A stretch of 64,000 nucleotides of DNA, from positions 24,297,821 through 24,361,820 of the forward strand of contig NC_092379.1 in assembly GCF_030028105.1 (NCBI RefSeq), written 5' to 3'. This stretch comes from Mobula birostris. Lineage: Eukaryota. The position numbers were made by a program, and so were the translations under genes. The notes under the pieces are model-generated. The model searched no databases. It saw only the letters and a list, made by a program, of their open reading frames with translations, and had not been told where the DNA came from. How positions within the stretch are numbered: position 1 is the first letter of the stretch; each line of letters opens with the position of its first letter. This document shows positions 22,031 to 36,509 of this stretch, piece after piece.

Positions 22031-24649
22031 GCCGTTGTTGCTACCCAGCTTGAATTTTATTTTATGTCAATATGATTTTGAAATTATGCTAATGTAATTT
22101 TGAAATATATGTTGATATAATCGTGAACTACCTTATATTACCTTTGCGTTAATGACCATAATCCACAAGTTTTCTAAATAAAAGACGTAAAATATCCTTA
22201 AATTTTGAAATATTTTAGTGATTGAACTTATTTACATTGTCTTTTTTTTTCAAGTTACAACGCTGTTACAAATTGAAACATTACGTACAGAACAGAAGTC
22301 GGTGGTTCATTGTTCCTAAACCGCCGGCCTGTTGAACGCTCCACCATTAAAAGTTTAAAGTGTACGAACCTTGAAAGACTTTCTTCGTTGTACTGTATTT
22401 CATTATATCCCTCATTTAATAAATACAAAAAAAAATGCGTGTGATTTCCATTGCAATTACAATGGATATTGCAAAAAGTCTTTTAAAGAGCCAATGCATT
22501 TTAGGCCATTTAAAAATTTCCTGCTCAGAGCTATAGTTGGGCGGCACCGCTGTTTCGTTTTATTTTAAACCTTTCCATGTTAATTCTGTTGCAAAGTTAG
22601 CCAACTTCAAATATATAAATATACCGTTTGTTCATTTCTGCTGCAGCTACATTGCTGCTGAATTATAATTTTTCTTCTATTTCCAGACTGAACTTCAACG
22701 TGCTCATGGACAGGAGCAACATCTCTCCAACTACCCTTATAACGATTCCCACAGTTGTAGTGCCTTCTGTTAATTGACAGCATTACTAGTGTATGTTTAC
22801 AACTGGGCTTTTCGTTTCTTTCTTATGACATATACATCAGTTATCACAGTGAAACTAGGGATAGGAACAAAACTCACGGAACACACGAGACAACATCACA
22901 ACGAGGAATATGTCGACTTCCATTTCAGGCGAAATTCGTAAGTCTGCAGAATCTGGAGACACCGCAAACTAAATAATTTGCTGCCTAGTGGGAGGGTAAT
23001 ATCAAGCATCGCACATAAGCTCGTGCGACTTTTACGTCATTAGGCCACTTAGCAGAGCATAGGATTTGGTGCAATCAGAAGTTGCGTTGGCAAGTTGTAA
23101 GCATTGCCTGTGTTTAATAGCGTATGAATTGCTTTGATATTTCATCAGTTGAATTATAACGACAGACTCAAAGAGTATTTCAGTTTATCTGCTTTTAGCA
23201 TAAGGAAGGCTGAATTAAAGTACTTCAATGCATACAAGAATAAGGCGGTGTGATGTGCTGGACGAAATTTCACTGGTAGTGTGTTTAGTCATAAGTAGCA
23301 CGGTTATTTTTTATATGTGATTGATTAGCAATTCAAAAATGCAGATGTTGCACGATTAAAGTAATTATTTAAGGTGATGGAAACCCAGAGCATCGCTGGC
23401 TTCTGACCCTCTCAACGAGTCCTTCCTTTAGATTATGTCGGTTATATTTCGGGTATGTCAGTAAGGACGGGTTTCTATTTGAGGCTGGAACCGGCAGCCT
23501 CAAACAGAATCCAGCTCATCTGAAGTAGTAACTCGAGGAGCACCTGAAGCATAGAAACTTTCACTGATACAGATGGGAGCCAGAAAGAAAAAAAAAATCT
23601 TGAAAAAAAAGTCGCATTGATTTTACTAATCATCTATCGAAACGATGGGTCGGATATTTTCAGTTGGGTGCCAACAATAGATTTCCCTGGTTAAATCTTC
23701 AGCTGTCAGTTAAATGCCGGATACCAGGCAGGAGTTTCCCTGATAATTACAGAGTATTGATCGTGAATTTAAAAAAAAAAACAAAAATACTCAATGGCTC
23801 ACCAGCTTGTTTCAAAGAAAAATCAAAGAATGCTGTGATAAGTCTCACAACTTCCATACCTCAATATTTATGTTCAGATCTGTCTATTCGAGACGACTTT
23901 TACGAAGGTATTGTACGGTTGGAGCAATACACACACACAATGATGTAGGAGGGTACAGCCCGGAACATTGAGATCAACAGAATTGTGTCCGTGTTACTCT
24001 GGATTTCCAGTTTCTTTAGCATATTTTGAATTTGGATGCAGTAATTTCTTCTCTCGACTTTTGATGCCGATTATTCCTTGGCCACCTATGACCACACCGA
24101 CCATCTATTTTAGACACATTGAACTTACTTGTCGGCCTTAGTATGCGTGTGTCTGTGTAATTCCTATTAAACGGCAAGTTGAACTGTACCGGAAACGTCC
24201 TGATAGCATCTGATTCAACAAATTCATAAGGCAACATGATTTACACATGCAACTTTTTAAAGTCTTAACTCTCAGATCTACCTAAAGAATCCTTCCTGGA
24301 AAAAAAAAAATATCCTCATGCCTTTGATAATATTGTTATGAGAAAACAGTATGTGCATTAAATAAATATCTCTGATTATCAGCTAGCTTATATTTATATT
24401 CAGCCTTGTTTACACCAATGAAACGAATCTCAACACACCCCATCCCTCCACAACACTAAAGTAAACTTATTCCTAAAGCAACGTCCTAGTGCATCTCTTC
24501 TTTGTTTTCTCCAAGCATATTCTGAAAAACAAAGAATACAAATACACCGCCAACTCGTTGGGCACGACCTCGAGGGTGGCAATATTTGGATTACTTCTAT
24601 TGTCACGGGCTATGAGGGGAAGGGTGAGTACATAACAGATTAACGCATG

Positions 24650-27050
24650 TCTAACAAAACAGTGTCAGGAACGCTAACACTTTGATCTATCGGGAGTTAT
24701 TCTGACGTCTGGGAATGGGGTGGGGAGGAGACGGGAGGTGTAGACCAATGCATGAATGTCAGGTTACACCTGAAACTGGAGGGGGAAAACCAACATCCCG
24801 ACAGACAGATTTTGTCGTGCTAGTGTTAACCTAGATTTATCTATGGTCGCACCTAGCACCCGAGAGGGAAGTGTGTCGTTAGAGGTGCTGTTGAAATCAG
24901 TGCCAACAAGTTGAATATGCACGTCAGGACGGCACGTCAGGCCGTAGAATGATATGGAAGGAAGAAGATATATTGGAAACGATTGTATTTAGTGCAATGC
25001 CTGTGGCGTGATAAATATTATCGGATAACATAGTTTCTGCAGAGTTGCATGCGACTGGGATATTGTATCCATTACGGAAATATAGCTAAATGCTCCAAGT
25101 ATCAGAGGCTTTATGTAAGAGGCGAAAAGGGAGGATGGGAAGTTGCATTTAGAGTAATGTAGACATCCTAGTAATAGACAACGATGAAATATACTGATCG
25201 CTTATATATTGCGATGTTTTGAGAGGATCGTAGAAATAAGAAGGGAATGATGGCATTGTGGATTTGTAAAACATGCCACAAAATAGCAAATGGAAATTAG
25301 AATAATAAATTTACAGGGGGGACTGTGAAGAATTGTGACAATAATACGTTGTCGCAGTCAAGGTTTTTAACTTCGATGCCATAGTCAGTGTCTGCCAATC
25401 TAAACTCCGTTTTTTTTATGGGATATAATTTGTTAAGCACGTTGAGGAAATGTATCCTTGTGAAAATATAGATTGCTTTACTAGGGAGAGGGCAAACGAC
25501 GTACTCTTAGATTGTAGTGTCGGAAAGGTAACTGATGTGTCAATGCGGGAGCACGTTGTGTCCAGTGACCATTGATATATTAGTTTCAACATAACTATGA
25601 AGAGAGACAGAACAGATTCACATTTTCAAGTTGAAGTTGGAATAGGACTAATTTCGACGCTTTAAGAAAGTTGCTTGTAAAGATTAATTGGAGTAGTTTG
25701 GTTGACTGTAAAAAGAGTACAGGAAAGTGGAAGGCCTTTAAAGTGCGGTAGTGAGAGATCAAAGTCTTTACGTTCATGTAGTAGAGAAGGGCAGAAATGT
25801 TAAGAGGAATGTACCTTGCATACTGAGGAATATTGATGCCCGGCCGTGGAAAAAAAATGAGAATGATTCAGTCAGGAAGAGGCATCTGCATTCAGGTGAC
25901 TAGCTAGAAAAGGATAGGGCACGCCAGAATGTAGTGGAGTAGCAATCATCAGTGAAAACATAGACAGGAGATAGCCTTGGGAGAGGACCTTAAGGAAATC
26001 TCAAAGCAAATTTATGGTTATTAAAGGAAAATGAAGAGGAAAAAAAGGTAGAATACTACTCCTTGAAGACCATAGAAGCATATGTACATGCAGCTATAGT
26101 TAATGTGCAAGGTCCTTAATAAATATTTCTTTGCTGTTTTTACCTATGGCTTCCGACCCAGGAAATGCAAGGTGGGCGTTCTTGTGTGAGTCTGCATTAC
26201 CATAGACGAGGTTCTCTAGGGCTGAAAAAAAAACTATTAAGGTAGATAGAACACAAGAGCCCGACAATATACGTTTATCTAAATGTACCGCACGAGTCTA
26301 GAGAACAAATTGCTGGAGCCCTAGTTGAGATACTTGCATCACCGTTATTACCGTGTAGAGTGGTGGATGGCAAATGTTTTGCTTTATTCATTAATGTTTA
26401 CAACAAAATCACGGATCTACAGAAAAGTGAATCTAACGTACGTTTCAAGTAAGTTCCTGTGAGGATCCGAACTGTCCCTGAAATATTTGTAATGACGGTG
26501 GCTATCTGGTCGTACTCATCATGGCTTTGTGCTTACGAGATCATGCCTTATGAATAGATTTATTTGTCTAATGTTGTTCCAAGAAAACTGAGGAGGTTAT
26601 GACGGTAGGTATGGCTTATAAGGACGTCACTGAGGTTTTGATTAGGTTGAATATATAGCTGCTCTGGAAGTTTAGAACTCATGGCATCCATAGTGACTGA
26701 AAGGATTCACAACGGGCTGGATGGAATATGCAGGGTGTAATATTGGAACGGTGCTTCTCAGGTTGGACTCCAGATCGGTGCTGCTTGTTTACCATGTCAA
26801 AGATTTATAAATTTATCTAACCATGGTTAACGGTTCTGCGAATCACACAAAAATCAATGGACTGGTGTACATTGAAGAAGATTATAAAAACACAGCACAT
26901 GTTCCATTAAAACGAAGGTATAAATAGCTGGGTGGCACAAAAGACTTTGTACTCTGGCCTTCTTAAATTGGGGCATTGTGTATAATCTGGGAGTTATGGT
27001 GTAGTTACATAGAATTCTGGTGAGTCGGTAATCCAGCTAGTTAGATCATA
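24650..27050 (+). mobile_element. Old, degenerate CR1 LINE (ORF2 endonuclease/RT remnants)
   Basis: gactgggatattgtatccattacggaaa (DIV.ITE), aagagcccgacaatata..., tagaactcatggcatcc and other decayed CR1 motifs. Confidence 0.6.
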
Positions 27051-29239
27051 GGCAAATCCAAATGTTAGAACATTAGAAGCAGCAGCGAAAATAAGGCAAT
27101 ATCACCCACGAGCTACAGTCACTGGACACTTAAAATAATGAAGGAAATTACCTTTCTCCCTCGCTCTGATTGATAGGCTGTCTCCTGTAATTCTTGATTT
27201 ACCTTTCCAAGATGCAGCTTCTTTAGGATAAAGATATATTGTGATATTAAAAGCTAAGAACATAAATCGACTCAATTACTGGAGAGCATTTATAGCAGCA
27301 GTGCTTCTTACTTACGTACCCTGCCACTGGAAATTGCTGAGACGTTCAAATAGCACAGGTAATGTAGTTAATGGCTACATTACCCCTTTTTGTAAGACAT
27401 GGAGGGACGCTATCATGTACTGCGTCTGCACATTCAGCAGAAACTGAAGAAGCAACAAAAAGAGAGATAGAGATAGATATAGAGAGGGAGAGAGAGAGAG
27501 AGTTCTCGCTGCTGAAATGCATAATATTGGGTCCATGCCGTTGTTGCAGGGCACAAGTAAGATGCAACAAGAATGTGCAACTTGATTTGTGTTGAAATAC
27601 ACTAAAAATATTGAAACATGCATAGGAATAGTTAAGTGATATCACACAGTTCCTGAAGTTTTCAATAATATTTCAGAGATTTTAGAAATATTTTTTTTAA
27701 GAAAATAGAGAAAGAAAATATTCTAAACGCAGGCAAATTCCGAGGCAACGTATGTATTCCGCATACTAACCTGCATAACTGCATGTTAAAGTTAATAACC
27801 TTGTAAGAGATAATCAAGTATGTAAAATCTAAATCATTTTTAGACCATGATGACCACAGTTTGAATTGGAATGTACTGCTGATGAATCCGAGTGCACAAA
27901 ATATACAATAAGCCAGCCGTGATATACACAATATAAGTGGGTGCTCAAAAATGCGAAGGATATCGCCAGAACTTGTGAGAGGATAACAAAATATAGAGAA
28001 GCCCAGAATTTCTTACAAGAAACTTGGACATTGCAAGTCTAAATTTTGCACAGCAACAACATAATTATAGTAATGAAAAACCGTTAGTTGGGCAAAGATA
28101 TGTATAACTAGTAAACGTTCTCCTCATACATGCTTTCCTGGTATGTAGAAATAAACTTTCCTTTATATCTCTCTGCAGATAAAACAATTAAATATGCATG
28201 CTTTAGGCAACTTCCTGATCTTACAGAGTCATGGCATCTGGTGCTGTTAACTTTACAAATAAAATACATCTTTCAATGTCAGGGATAGACCGATTTTCAT
28301 GTACACAAAATGCCTTAAGCGTTGGGGCGGAAACTAATGCGGTAACAGATTGACGACATGTCAAATGAATAGATGTTTGGGTGGACATACGATCAAAAAC
28401 GTATTATCTGAATTATTCTGAAACGTATTTTTGACGAAGTATCTGAAATGACAGAATGAAGAAGAACAAGGAATAATAGGTTATTGAATTATGTAGAGGT
28501 GTGAAGAAATTCAGAGCGGTTATATACTTTTGCACCATATTTTCTACAGAAGTCGAGTCGCTTTTGCTCAGTGTATGGAAAACTTGTTGATTGCACATTC
28601 TTAAAAAAAACACAGTGACTATCAATCTTCGGCGATTTGCATTTACTTTATTAGAAGAAAATATGCTCGCTGGCTACTTTGGACCGCCCACTTATTCGAA
28701 GCAAGAGCTCCCCCATCGTCTATGACAGGAAATACTTGCAGCATATCATGAAATTAAAATCCAGCTATGTTTGCTTCTATTCCTTGTAAAGGTGTAATTT
28801 GTTTGTGAGGAAAGCTTTACATTGACACTGATTTATGTTATGTGTTACCTCCAAGTCATTAGGTAAAACATACATCCGTATTTTCTTTGAAGGTTACTAA
28901 TGTTATACAGTAACAGGACATTTACAAATGTGGCAGTTTGATTTGTTAGCAATAGGATAATCCGCAGCCCAGAACATCATGAATAATAGGTAACAAATAA
29001 TAATTAGAAACATAGAGAAAAACTATAGCAGTATGTATGCCCTTCGAACCACTATGCTGTGCCGATCATCTACTTACTTGAGAAATTACCTAGGGTTACC
29101 CATAGCCCTTTATTTCTCTATGCTCCAGGTACTTATCCAGGAGTATCTAAAAAAAGACAAACAAACGAACTGTCGGATCCGCCTGCATCACCAACGTCGG
29201 CAGCCCATTCTACGCACTCACCACTCTGCGGGGGTGGGG

Positions 29240-30200
29240 GGGGTGTGGAATAACTTGCCCCTGACACCTCCTCTGTGTCTACTTCCAAACACCTTAAAAC
29301 TGTGCCCTCTCGTGATAGCCATTTCAGCCCTGGGAGCAAAGCCTCTGATTATCCACACGATCAATGCCTCTCATCATCTTACACATCTGTATCGGGTCAC
29401 CTTTCATCGTCCATCGCTGCAAGGAGAAAAGGCCAAGTTCATTCAATCGATTCTCGGAAGGTATGCTCCCTAATCCAGGTGACATCATTGTAAGTCTGTA
29501 CCCGTTATATAGTTTCCCCATCCTTCCTGTAGTGAAGCGTCCAGAACTGATCACAGTACTCAAGTGGGATCAAACCAGGGTCCTATATAGCTGTAACATT
29601 AACCCCCGTCTCTTAAAATAATCCACACGGTTGATAAAGGACAATGCACCATATGCCTTCTTAAGTACAGAGCTAACCTGAGCAACAGCATTGAGTGCCC
29701 TATGGACTAGGAACCCAAGATCCCTCTGATCGTCCACACGTCCAAGAGTCTTACTATTAAAATTATATTCTGCCATCATATTTGACATACCAATATGAAC
29801 TACCTCACATTTATCTGGGTTGAACACCATCTGCCACTTCTCAGCCCAGTTTTGCATCCTATTGATGTACCGTTATAACCTCTGACAGCTCTCCACACAA
29901 TCTACAAGACCCCCAACCATAGTGAAATTAGGAAATTTACTAATCCTCCCTGCACTTGCTCATCCAGGTCATTTATAAAAATCACAAAGAGAAGAGGTCC
30001 CAGAACAGATCACTCAGGCGCACTACTGGTCACCAAACTCCATGCAGAATATGACGCGTCTACAACCATCCTTGGCATTCTGTAGGCAAGCCAATTCTGG
30101 ATCCATAAAGCAAGGTCTCCTTGGATCCCTTGCCTTCTTACTTTCTCAATAAGCCTTATCAAATGCCTTATCAATTTACAACACAGACATGAATACAATG
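29240..30200 (-). mobile_element. CR1 LINE ORF2 3' fragments
   Basis: QNWAEKWQMVFNPDKCEVVHIG, RLNELGLFSLQRW.MKGD, EKVRRQGIQGDLALWIQNWL. Confidence 0.85.
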
Positions 30201-30560
30201 GAGACCGTGGTGTGTCGTTGTTGCTCTGGTGTGGAAATGTCTTGGAAAGTTCCCAGTGATGGATGAACAATAGAATAGACTTGTTGACTGAAATGATTTG
30301 GCTCCAGGGTCCATATTCCGTGTCTGAATATCTTATACTTTCGATACGGAGAAATTCGATGCCATTGGATAACACAGGACGCAAGAGGTTGGCAGTTGAG
30401 CTTACCGAAGTTTACAAGATTATGAATGGATAGTTAGAACATAAATCTGGAGACATTCCCAGATCAAAGGAGAACTGGAGGGTACGTTTATGACGTGACA
30501 TACCTTGCTTCCAAGTGTTTCCACCGCGCCAGACCATTCAGACATGTGGTGTTCTCATCG

Positions 30561-30640
30561 TTCTTCTTCTCCTCCTCCTTCTACTTCTTCTTCTTCTTCT
30601 TCTTCATTATCTTCTTCTTATTAGTATTATCATCATCAGC
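30561..30640. repeat. (TTC)n/(TTA)n microsatellite
   Basis: Direct inspection. Confidence 0.85.
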
Positions 30641-32659
30641 TAATTCAACTTCTGTCATGGAAAGGCACTAAAAAAGATCGGAATAAGCTGCGAATTGCAA
30701 AAAATTATACATTTAGCCAGCTATGTCATCGGCACTAGCCTCCTCAGCATGCAAGGCATCTGGAAGGAGACGTGCCTCTAAAAGGTGGCGGGACACATTA
30801 AGGGCATGTCAACCTCTCAATGCTACCATCAGGGAAGAGCTACAGGAGCCTGAACGCACACACTGAACGTTTCACGAACAGCACCTTACAGTAATTCACA
30901 TCTTTTATAATCATGTATTGCAATGCACCGCACTCGCATAAAAAAAAAACTCACGATATATACCATTGAGATTAAACCTGTTTCTGTTTCTTCCTTTGCT
31001 TCTCTTCTCGTTTTCGCGTCTTTCGCATTCCTTCACACGCCCTTTTACGTTCTCGCTATCTCCTCTTAATTGCTTTTGCACTACAGTGTCCTCGGCAATA
31101 TTTCGCAGGCAAAATTCAGTTCATAACGTTTATGTTTATTCGTTCTGCTTTTTGCCTCTCTTCAATTCTAATAATCTGTCACAGATGTACTACCTCCATC
31201 GAAACATTCCGCCCCCCGCAGAAATCTCGTCAAATGTCAGCCGCCATGTCACTGAAGAAATGTTATTACAGTTCTCGCATCGAGGACGAGAGGAAGAGGA
31301 GAGCCATCCGCAGGACCTCCGATGCGGCAGAGAGGGCCTCAAGATGGCTGTGGCTCAAAAGAGGGGAACCATGGAGTCATAAGTAGCTAGCCATCTGGAC
31401 ACAAGTCGGGGTCTGATCAGCCCCAGCTGTGTTACCTGGAGGAGGTTGTATGATATTGAAAGACCCGAAACACCCGATGATTCCAGGAACATCACTGAAG
31501 ATGTGTCCAGAAGCATTAATAGATGTATGTACACAGGTATTTATTTTGTGTTCATGTTCAAATAATTATACATTTTCCACGTCAGTTCACTGACACCAAT
31601 GAATCCCGTGAGTTAATCTGAAAGCTTTGAATTTACCTTCCCCATCTTCCCTTGATGAATTATGTGAAGACAATCTAGGCAAACAACTTAATCAAATCTT
31701 CCCATCTTGGTATAATTACCTAAGCGTGCAACATCCAATTCTAAAGAATAACTGACAGTGTAGGACATAACTTGAAAGAAATACAGCCCAAATCAAGTGT
31801 GAAGCATTTGTACGGTGTCTGTTCTCAGCTGTTTTTTTTTTTGGAAGAGGCGGGTTATTCCCAATATATCGAATTCCGATTCAATGAATTTACTGAGCTC
31901 TCTCAAGTCGTTTATGATAACCTAATTCTGCAAACATATCGAATTGCGACAACACAATCACAGTTCATCAGATATTTCCTGAGATAACTGCATGCCGAGA
32001 TTCTGCCTAATCTACACGTTTGTAGGTGGTGCGACTGTAAAAGTTCTTATTTCAGTAACAATGCTCCGGAGTACAGGAAGGAAAAAGAAAACTTTGTGAC
32101 AGGTACCAGGACAAAATCCATTTCCCGGTGTTAACAAAACCCAGGGGCGGGTATTTCGCTTCATAACGCGGAGTGTGCTCATGCTCCTGTCTATATCAAA
32201 GGTACTGATATTGTAAGGGTTGAGAGCCTCATGTTCCAAGGAGTGAAAATCACAATTAACCTGTGTTCGTCCAAATACATTGATCTCATGGCCAGAAATG
32301 TTTTTCACTGTATGTCGGTAAATGTAGCGACAATAAACTAATACAAATAATATAAGAATCAGTGTATGCAGAGTAATACTTTGCAACGCTTCTCAAATAG
32401 CGTAAAGGACTCATCTGATCTGCTGTTTCCAAGGCCGCTTAGGGCAATTGTCGTTGAAGTTGCAGTATTCCGAAGCAGATGTTGGACTAACTAAGACTTG
32501 CCACAGCAGATTTGGTTTTAGCGGCTGCGGTTGAAAAGGGTAGAGCTTACTTTCTTGTGCTATCAAATACTGTCGTTGTGAGAAATCTCCTGGGGGCACG
32601 CAAGGAGAGGAATGGAGAGAAAATTTGAGCACTTTGTTCATTCACTGTGTTCAGAGTTG

Positions 32660-34010
32660 CTTTCTGAGGAGGTGCAAGTTCGTCCTAAACAGAATGATGT
32701 CATGGTCCGGTCCATGAAGTCCGTATTCCGGTTCACGGTCTGGTCCACCTATCCGTATTCCAGGTTTTCCGGTTTTCCGCTGCCCTGTTTCGTGCCTTAA
32801 TTGCGGCACATGATTCTGATTTTGGGCTGGCTCCATTAATAGCTTCTGGGTTCAGCTTCATTTTCTGGACTGTTCTTTCCCCATTCCCTTCCTTTTGAAC
32901 CCTCGCCTGCTACCTTCGCCTGTGTCGTCGCCTGAAACGCCGTCAGGTTCAACCGCCATGGAAAGATCTGGGCCTTGCTGTGTCTAGGTAAGGAACTTTC
33001 TTTCGTTTTTTGGAACTGTCTCTTTGTGCCATCGCCTTGGCTAGGTATGTCCAGCAGCTAGCCGGTATCTTGATTTGGGAACCGTTTCTGTGTCCACGCC
33101 TCCGCTAGGTAGGTCTGGCCGTTCACCGCTACAATAAGTTGGGAACTGTCTCTGTGCCCACGCCGTGGCTAGGTAGGTCCGGCCGTTTGCCGCTACCTTG
33201 CGTTAGGAACCGTCTCTTTGTGCCCTCACCTCCACTGGGTTGGTCCAGCCGTTTGCTGCTATATTGGGTGGAGATCTGTCCCTCAGTGTTCTGTGTATGA
33301 GTCCCGACCCTACGTTCTGCTCCCTAGTAGCGGTCCTGACTCTGTGTAGAGCCCAGCCCCAAGGCCAGAGTGGTCCCGGCTCTGTGTTCCATCTTCCTAT
33401 TCTCTCACGACGAAGGCTCTGCGTTCCTGTCTCACTCGAGCAAGGCCCTGTATTCCTTTGTCCCTCGACCAAGGCTCTCCGTTCCTGTCTCCCTCGACAA
33501 AGGCTCTGCTTTCCTATCTCCCTCGACCAAGTCAAGGCTTAGTGTTCTCTCCCTATTATGTGCCTCGCCCAGCCCAGGAGTACATCGCCCAGCCCAGTGC
33601 TGGGGGTCTCTCGTCCTGTGCTGGGGTTTGCTCGTCCTGTGCTGAGGTTCCCTCGTCGTGTCCTGGAGGTTCACGTCCAGTTCTGTTGCCACATCTCGTC
33701 CTGTAGCCAAGTCTTGTCCTAACCAAGATCCGGGGTCCGAGCCGGAGTCAAGACCCAGTTTCCGGGTCCCTGTCCAGTCTCTGACTCGGAGTCCTTGTCA
33801 AGGTTCCAAGTTCCTAGTTCCTCGTTCAGGTCCTGCTTTTCTAGTCTAGACCTAGCCCAGGCCCTGTATCCTAGCCTTGTCCAACGCCTGTGTCTTGACC
33901 CGCGTCGTTTCTTCCCCACTTCCCATGCTTGCTTGACACACCTAGTCCCGTTCCTAGCACCTTACTGTTTGTGTCTTGCATTTGGTTCTGCTCCCAGCGC
34001 CCCCTTTATG
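32660..34010. mobile_element. LTR-retroelement-like GC-rich repeat with internal tandem arrays
   Basis: ~55-bp repeats (ggaac(t/c)gt(c/t)tct..gtgcc..cgcc..gctaggta) at ~33000-33240 and ~29-bp repeats (aaggctctg..ttcct.tctccctcgac) at ~33410-33530. No coding domain seen. Confidence 0.45.
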
Positions 34011-36509
34011 ACAGATGTTGAGAATACAATGTGAACTGCGTGGTGTACAAACTGAGGGTCCAGCACGGAAGTGACAAACAAGTTTCAGTTCAGCTCTCAC
34101 GTAAGTGCACGTTAGATTGTTTAAAAGTATTACATCTTTTTGATAAAAAAAATATTTCATTCAATAGCTGTTTGTTAAAATTATCATACTTAAATGTAAT
34201 TCCTTATAATTCTATGCAGTGTACTGCCTGGTATTTCTTGGTGGGGACAGTAAATCGCATAGTACTCAGAAAGCAGTTGCTTGGATGGGCGTGACATCTC
34301 GGAGTTTGTGGGGCCAAAGATATATGCAACTTTGTCGGGGAAGTTTGGCTTTTCGCCATGACAACCAGTGGCTGTTAGCGAGAGGTTAACGAGTTGGTTT
34401 TACTGAGACACCCAGAGAAAATGTGGTTTCAGTTGCAAGGCATGATGGCGACAAGAAATGGCTGATGGTGGGATGCTGTTTCGTAAGCGTTGGCGTTTTC
34501 TGCCTTTCATCCAGTAAAGTGCAAACCTGCCACGACGGGAAACGGTGCGAATGAAAGTTTACTTGGACTGTTCATTTACCACTGACCAAGAATGTAATGG
34601 GAAATTGAAAGTGTTTGAAATGAATATGCAGTGTATAGGAAATGATGACGAGGAACGGCTGAAATAGGAAATGATTAAAACAAACAAAACAAAAAGCGAT
34701 GTCAGCTTTTATGTGTCATTTCGGTCATTTATGGAATTCCTTTAACATAGAGAATAATTTAAAACAGTCAAAATTTTAATGCACCACAGAAGTGAAAACA
34801 CACTCCAGTGTTGACGGATTGGTCACCAGTCAAATTGATGAGCAGCTTCATGTTCCTGTGCGTCAGCGTCTCAAACAAACCGTCCAGTAAATTGATGACA
34901 TCACGTAGTAACAACTGTAGGTTTACTATATTTGGAGTTTGGTGACCTTTGTATGGCACCAGGCTCTTACAAATTTCTACAGATGTACTTCAGAGAGCAT
35001 TCTGATTGCTTACATCACAGTCTGACACGAAACCTCCAAAACGAGGATCGAAGGAGACTCAAGGGTGTTGCAAACTTAACCAGCTTCACTGGAGGCTCCT
35101 AACTCCCGGCCATAAGAACAGCATGGAGCGCTGCCTCCAGAAGGCGGCATCAGTCATTAAAAACACCCACCACGCGAGAATGCTTTCTTCGTATCACTAC
35201 CATCACGGAGAAGTAGAGAATCCTAAAGAACAGCAGCTACCCCTCCGCTATTAGAGTCTTTAACGGTATATTGACAAATGTAGTTAGCACATGATTCGTT
35301 TTGTGATATCTAATTTATTTTACCGAGTAATTCTTTATATTTTGCACTGCATTCTAAAGCAAATTTTGTGACATATGTCAGTGGTAATAAACAGATCTGA
35401 TTCAAAATGAATCACTATTTTGAATTAAATACACGAACCAGCAATACAATATAATGAAATATTATAACAGAAACAGGTATATATTTAAAAATGCAAAATT
35501 GTCTATAATTCCTGGAAGAGGGACTTTTGGAATTTGTTTGGAAGATTTTCTTATTGGTTTGCAATATGTTACACATAAGATGCGGCAAAGAGAAAACTGT
35601 TATGGATAACTTAAGAGCCAGTTAGATGAATTACAAAAAAGTGCAGAAGCATTGGTTAATTCAGATGATTTCCACGGGCGTTATTAAAGTGGTCCGACAA
35701 AGCAGAATGGGAGTCGGCCACGGCGCATGAAAATGTAGTGAATCATCCATCCAAGTCATCATTGTTAATGCCTGCATGTCGTTGCATGACCTTGTGAGTT
35801 CCTCCAGCATTCTGTGTGTGTTTCTAGTATTTCCAGCGTCTGCAGGTTTTATATTGTAACAGTTTTAACAATGTTCTTTGAGTTTAAAGGTGTTTCACTG
35901 AGAGTAAATGATTGTCTATTAAACTATTTTGTTCGCTGGAATTATTGTTTCCTTGAAAGCGAGAGGGAAACTATAACAGAAACAGTTGACATTGGCAAAG
36001 AAACTCATCGGGGAGAAGAAACCGGGAAGTAAAGGTCGTTTTTAAAAAATCGATAGAGTTGGATTCTGGCATTTAAATCTAAGATTCTTCAGAAGTCAGG
36101 ATCGAGATATTACACTTGTTGCTTCACGATCGTGTTATTAAGAGTTGACAGAATAAACTGAACAGGAATTGAACAGTGGCAGTCTTCTTATTGCATGAAG
36201 AAGAGAAAAAACTGCTGATAACATCCAGCATAAAGCAGCCATTTTATAACTAGAGAAAGGAGAAATTTATCGCAGTGGTAAACTCCAACAATTTGGCCAT
36301 AGTTAGATTATCACAGTTTCAACCCGCCTCAGTAGTTCGGCTATTCACTAAATCGATTCGGGACGAAATGATGACATTGCCTTTTTAAAAAAAAATTCTC
36401 CATAAGTCGATTTACTTCTCTCCAAGAATGCCTTGCTCCAGTATTGTGATTATCTTTATATACTGGTAAAGAAGAGTAGACAGATAAAATAGACCAGTAG
36501 GACTATTGC

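Noticed and set aside
24128-24208. Phase 1-1 exon-like segment (DAIRTFPVQF...), plus similar ones near 27330-27446 and 32540-32580
   Set aside because: No recognisable product; such splice-flanked short frames arise by chance in 64 kb.
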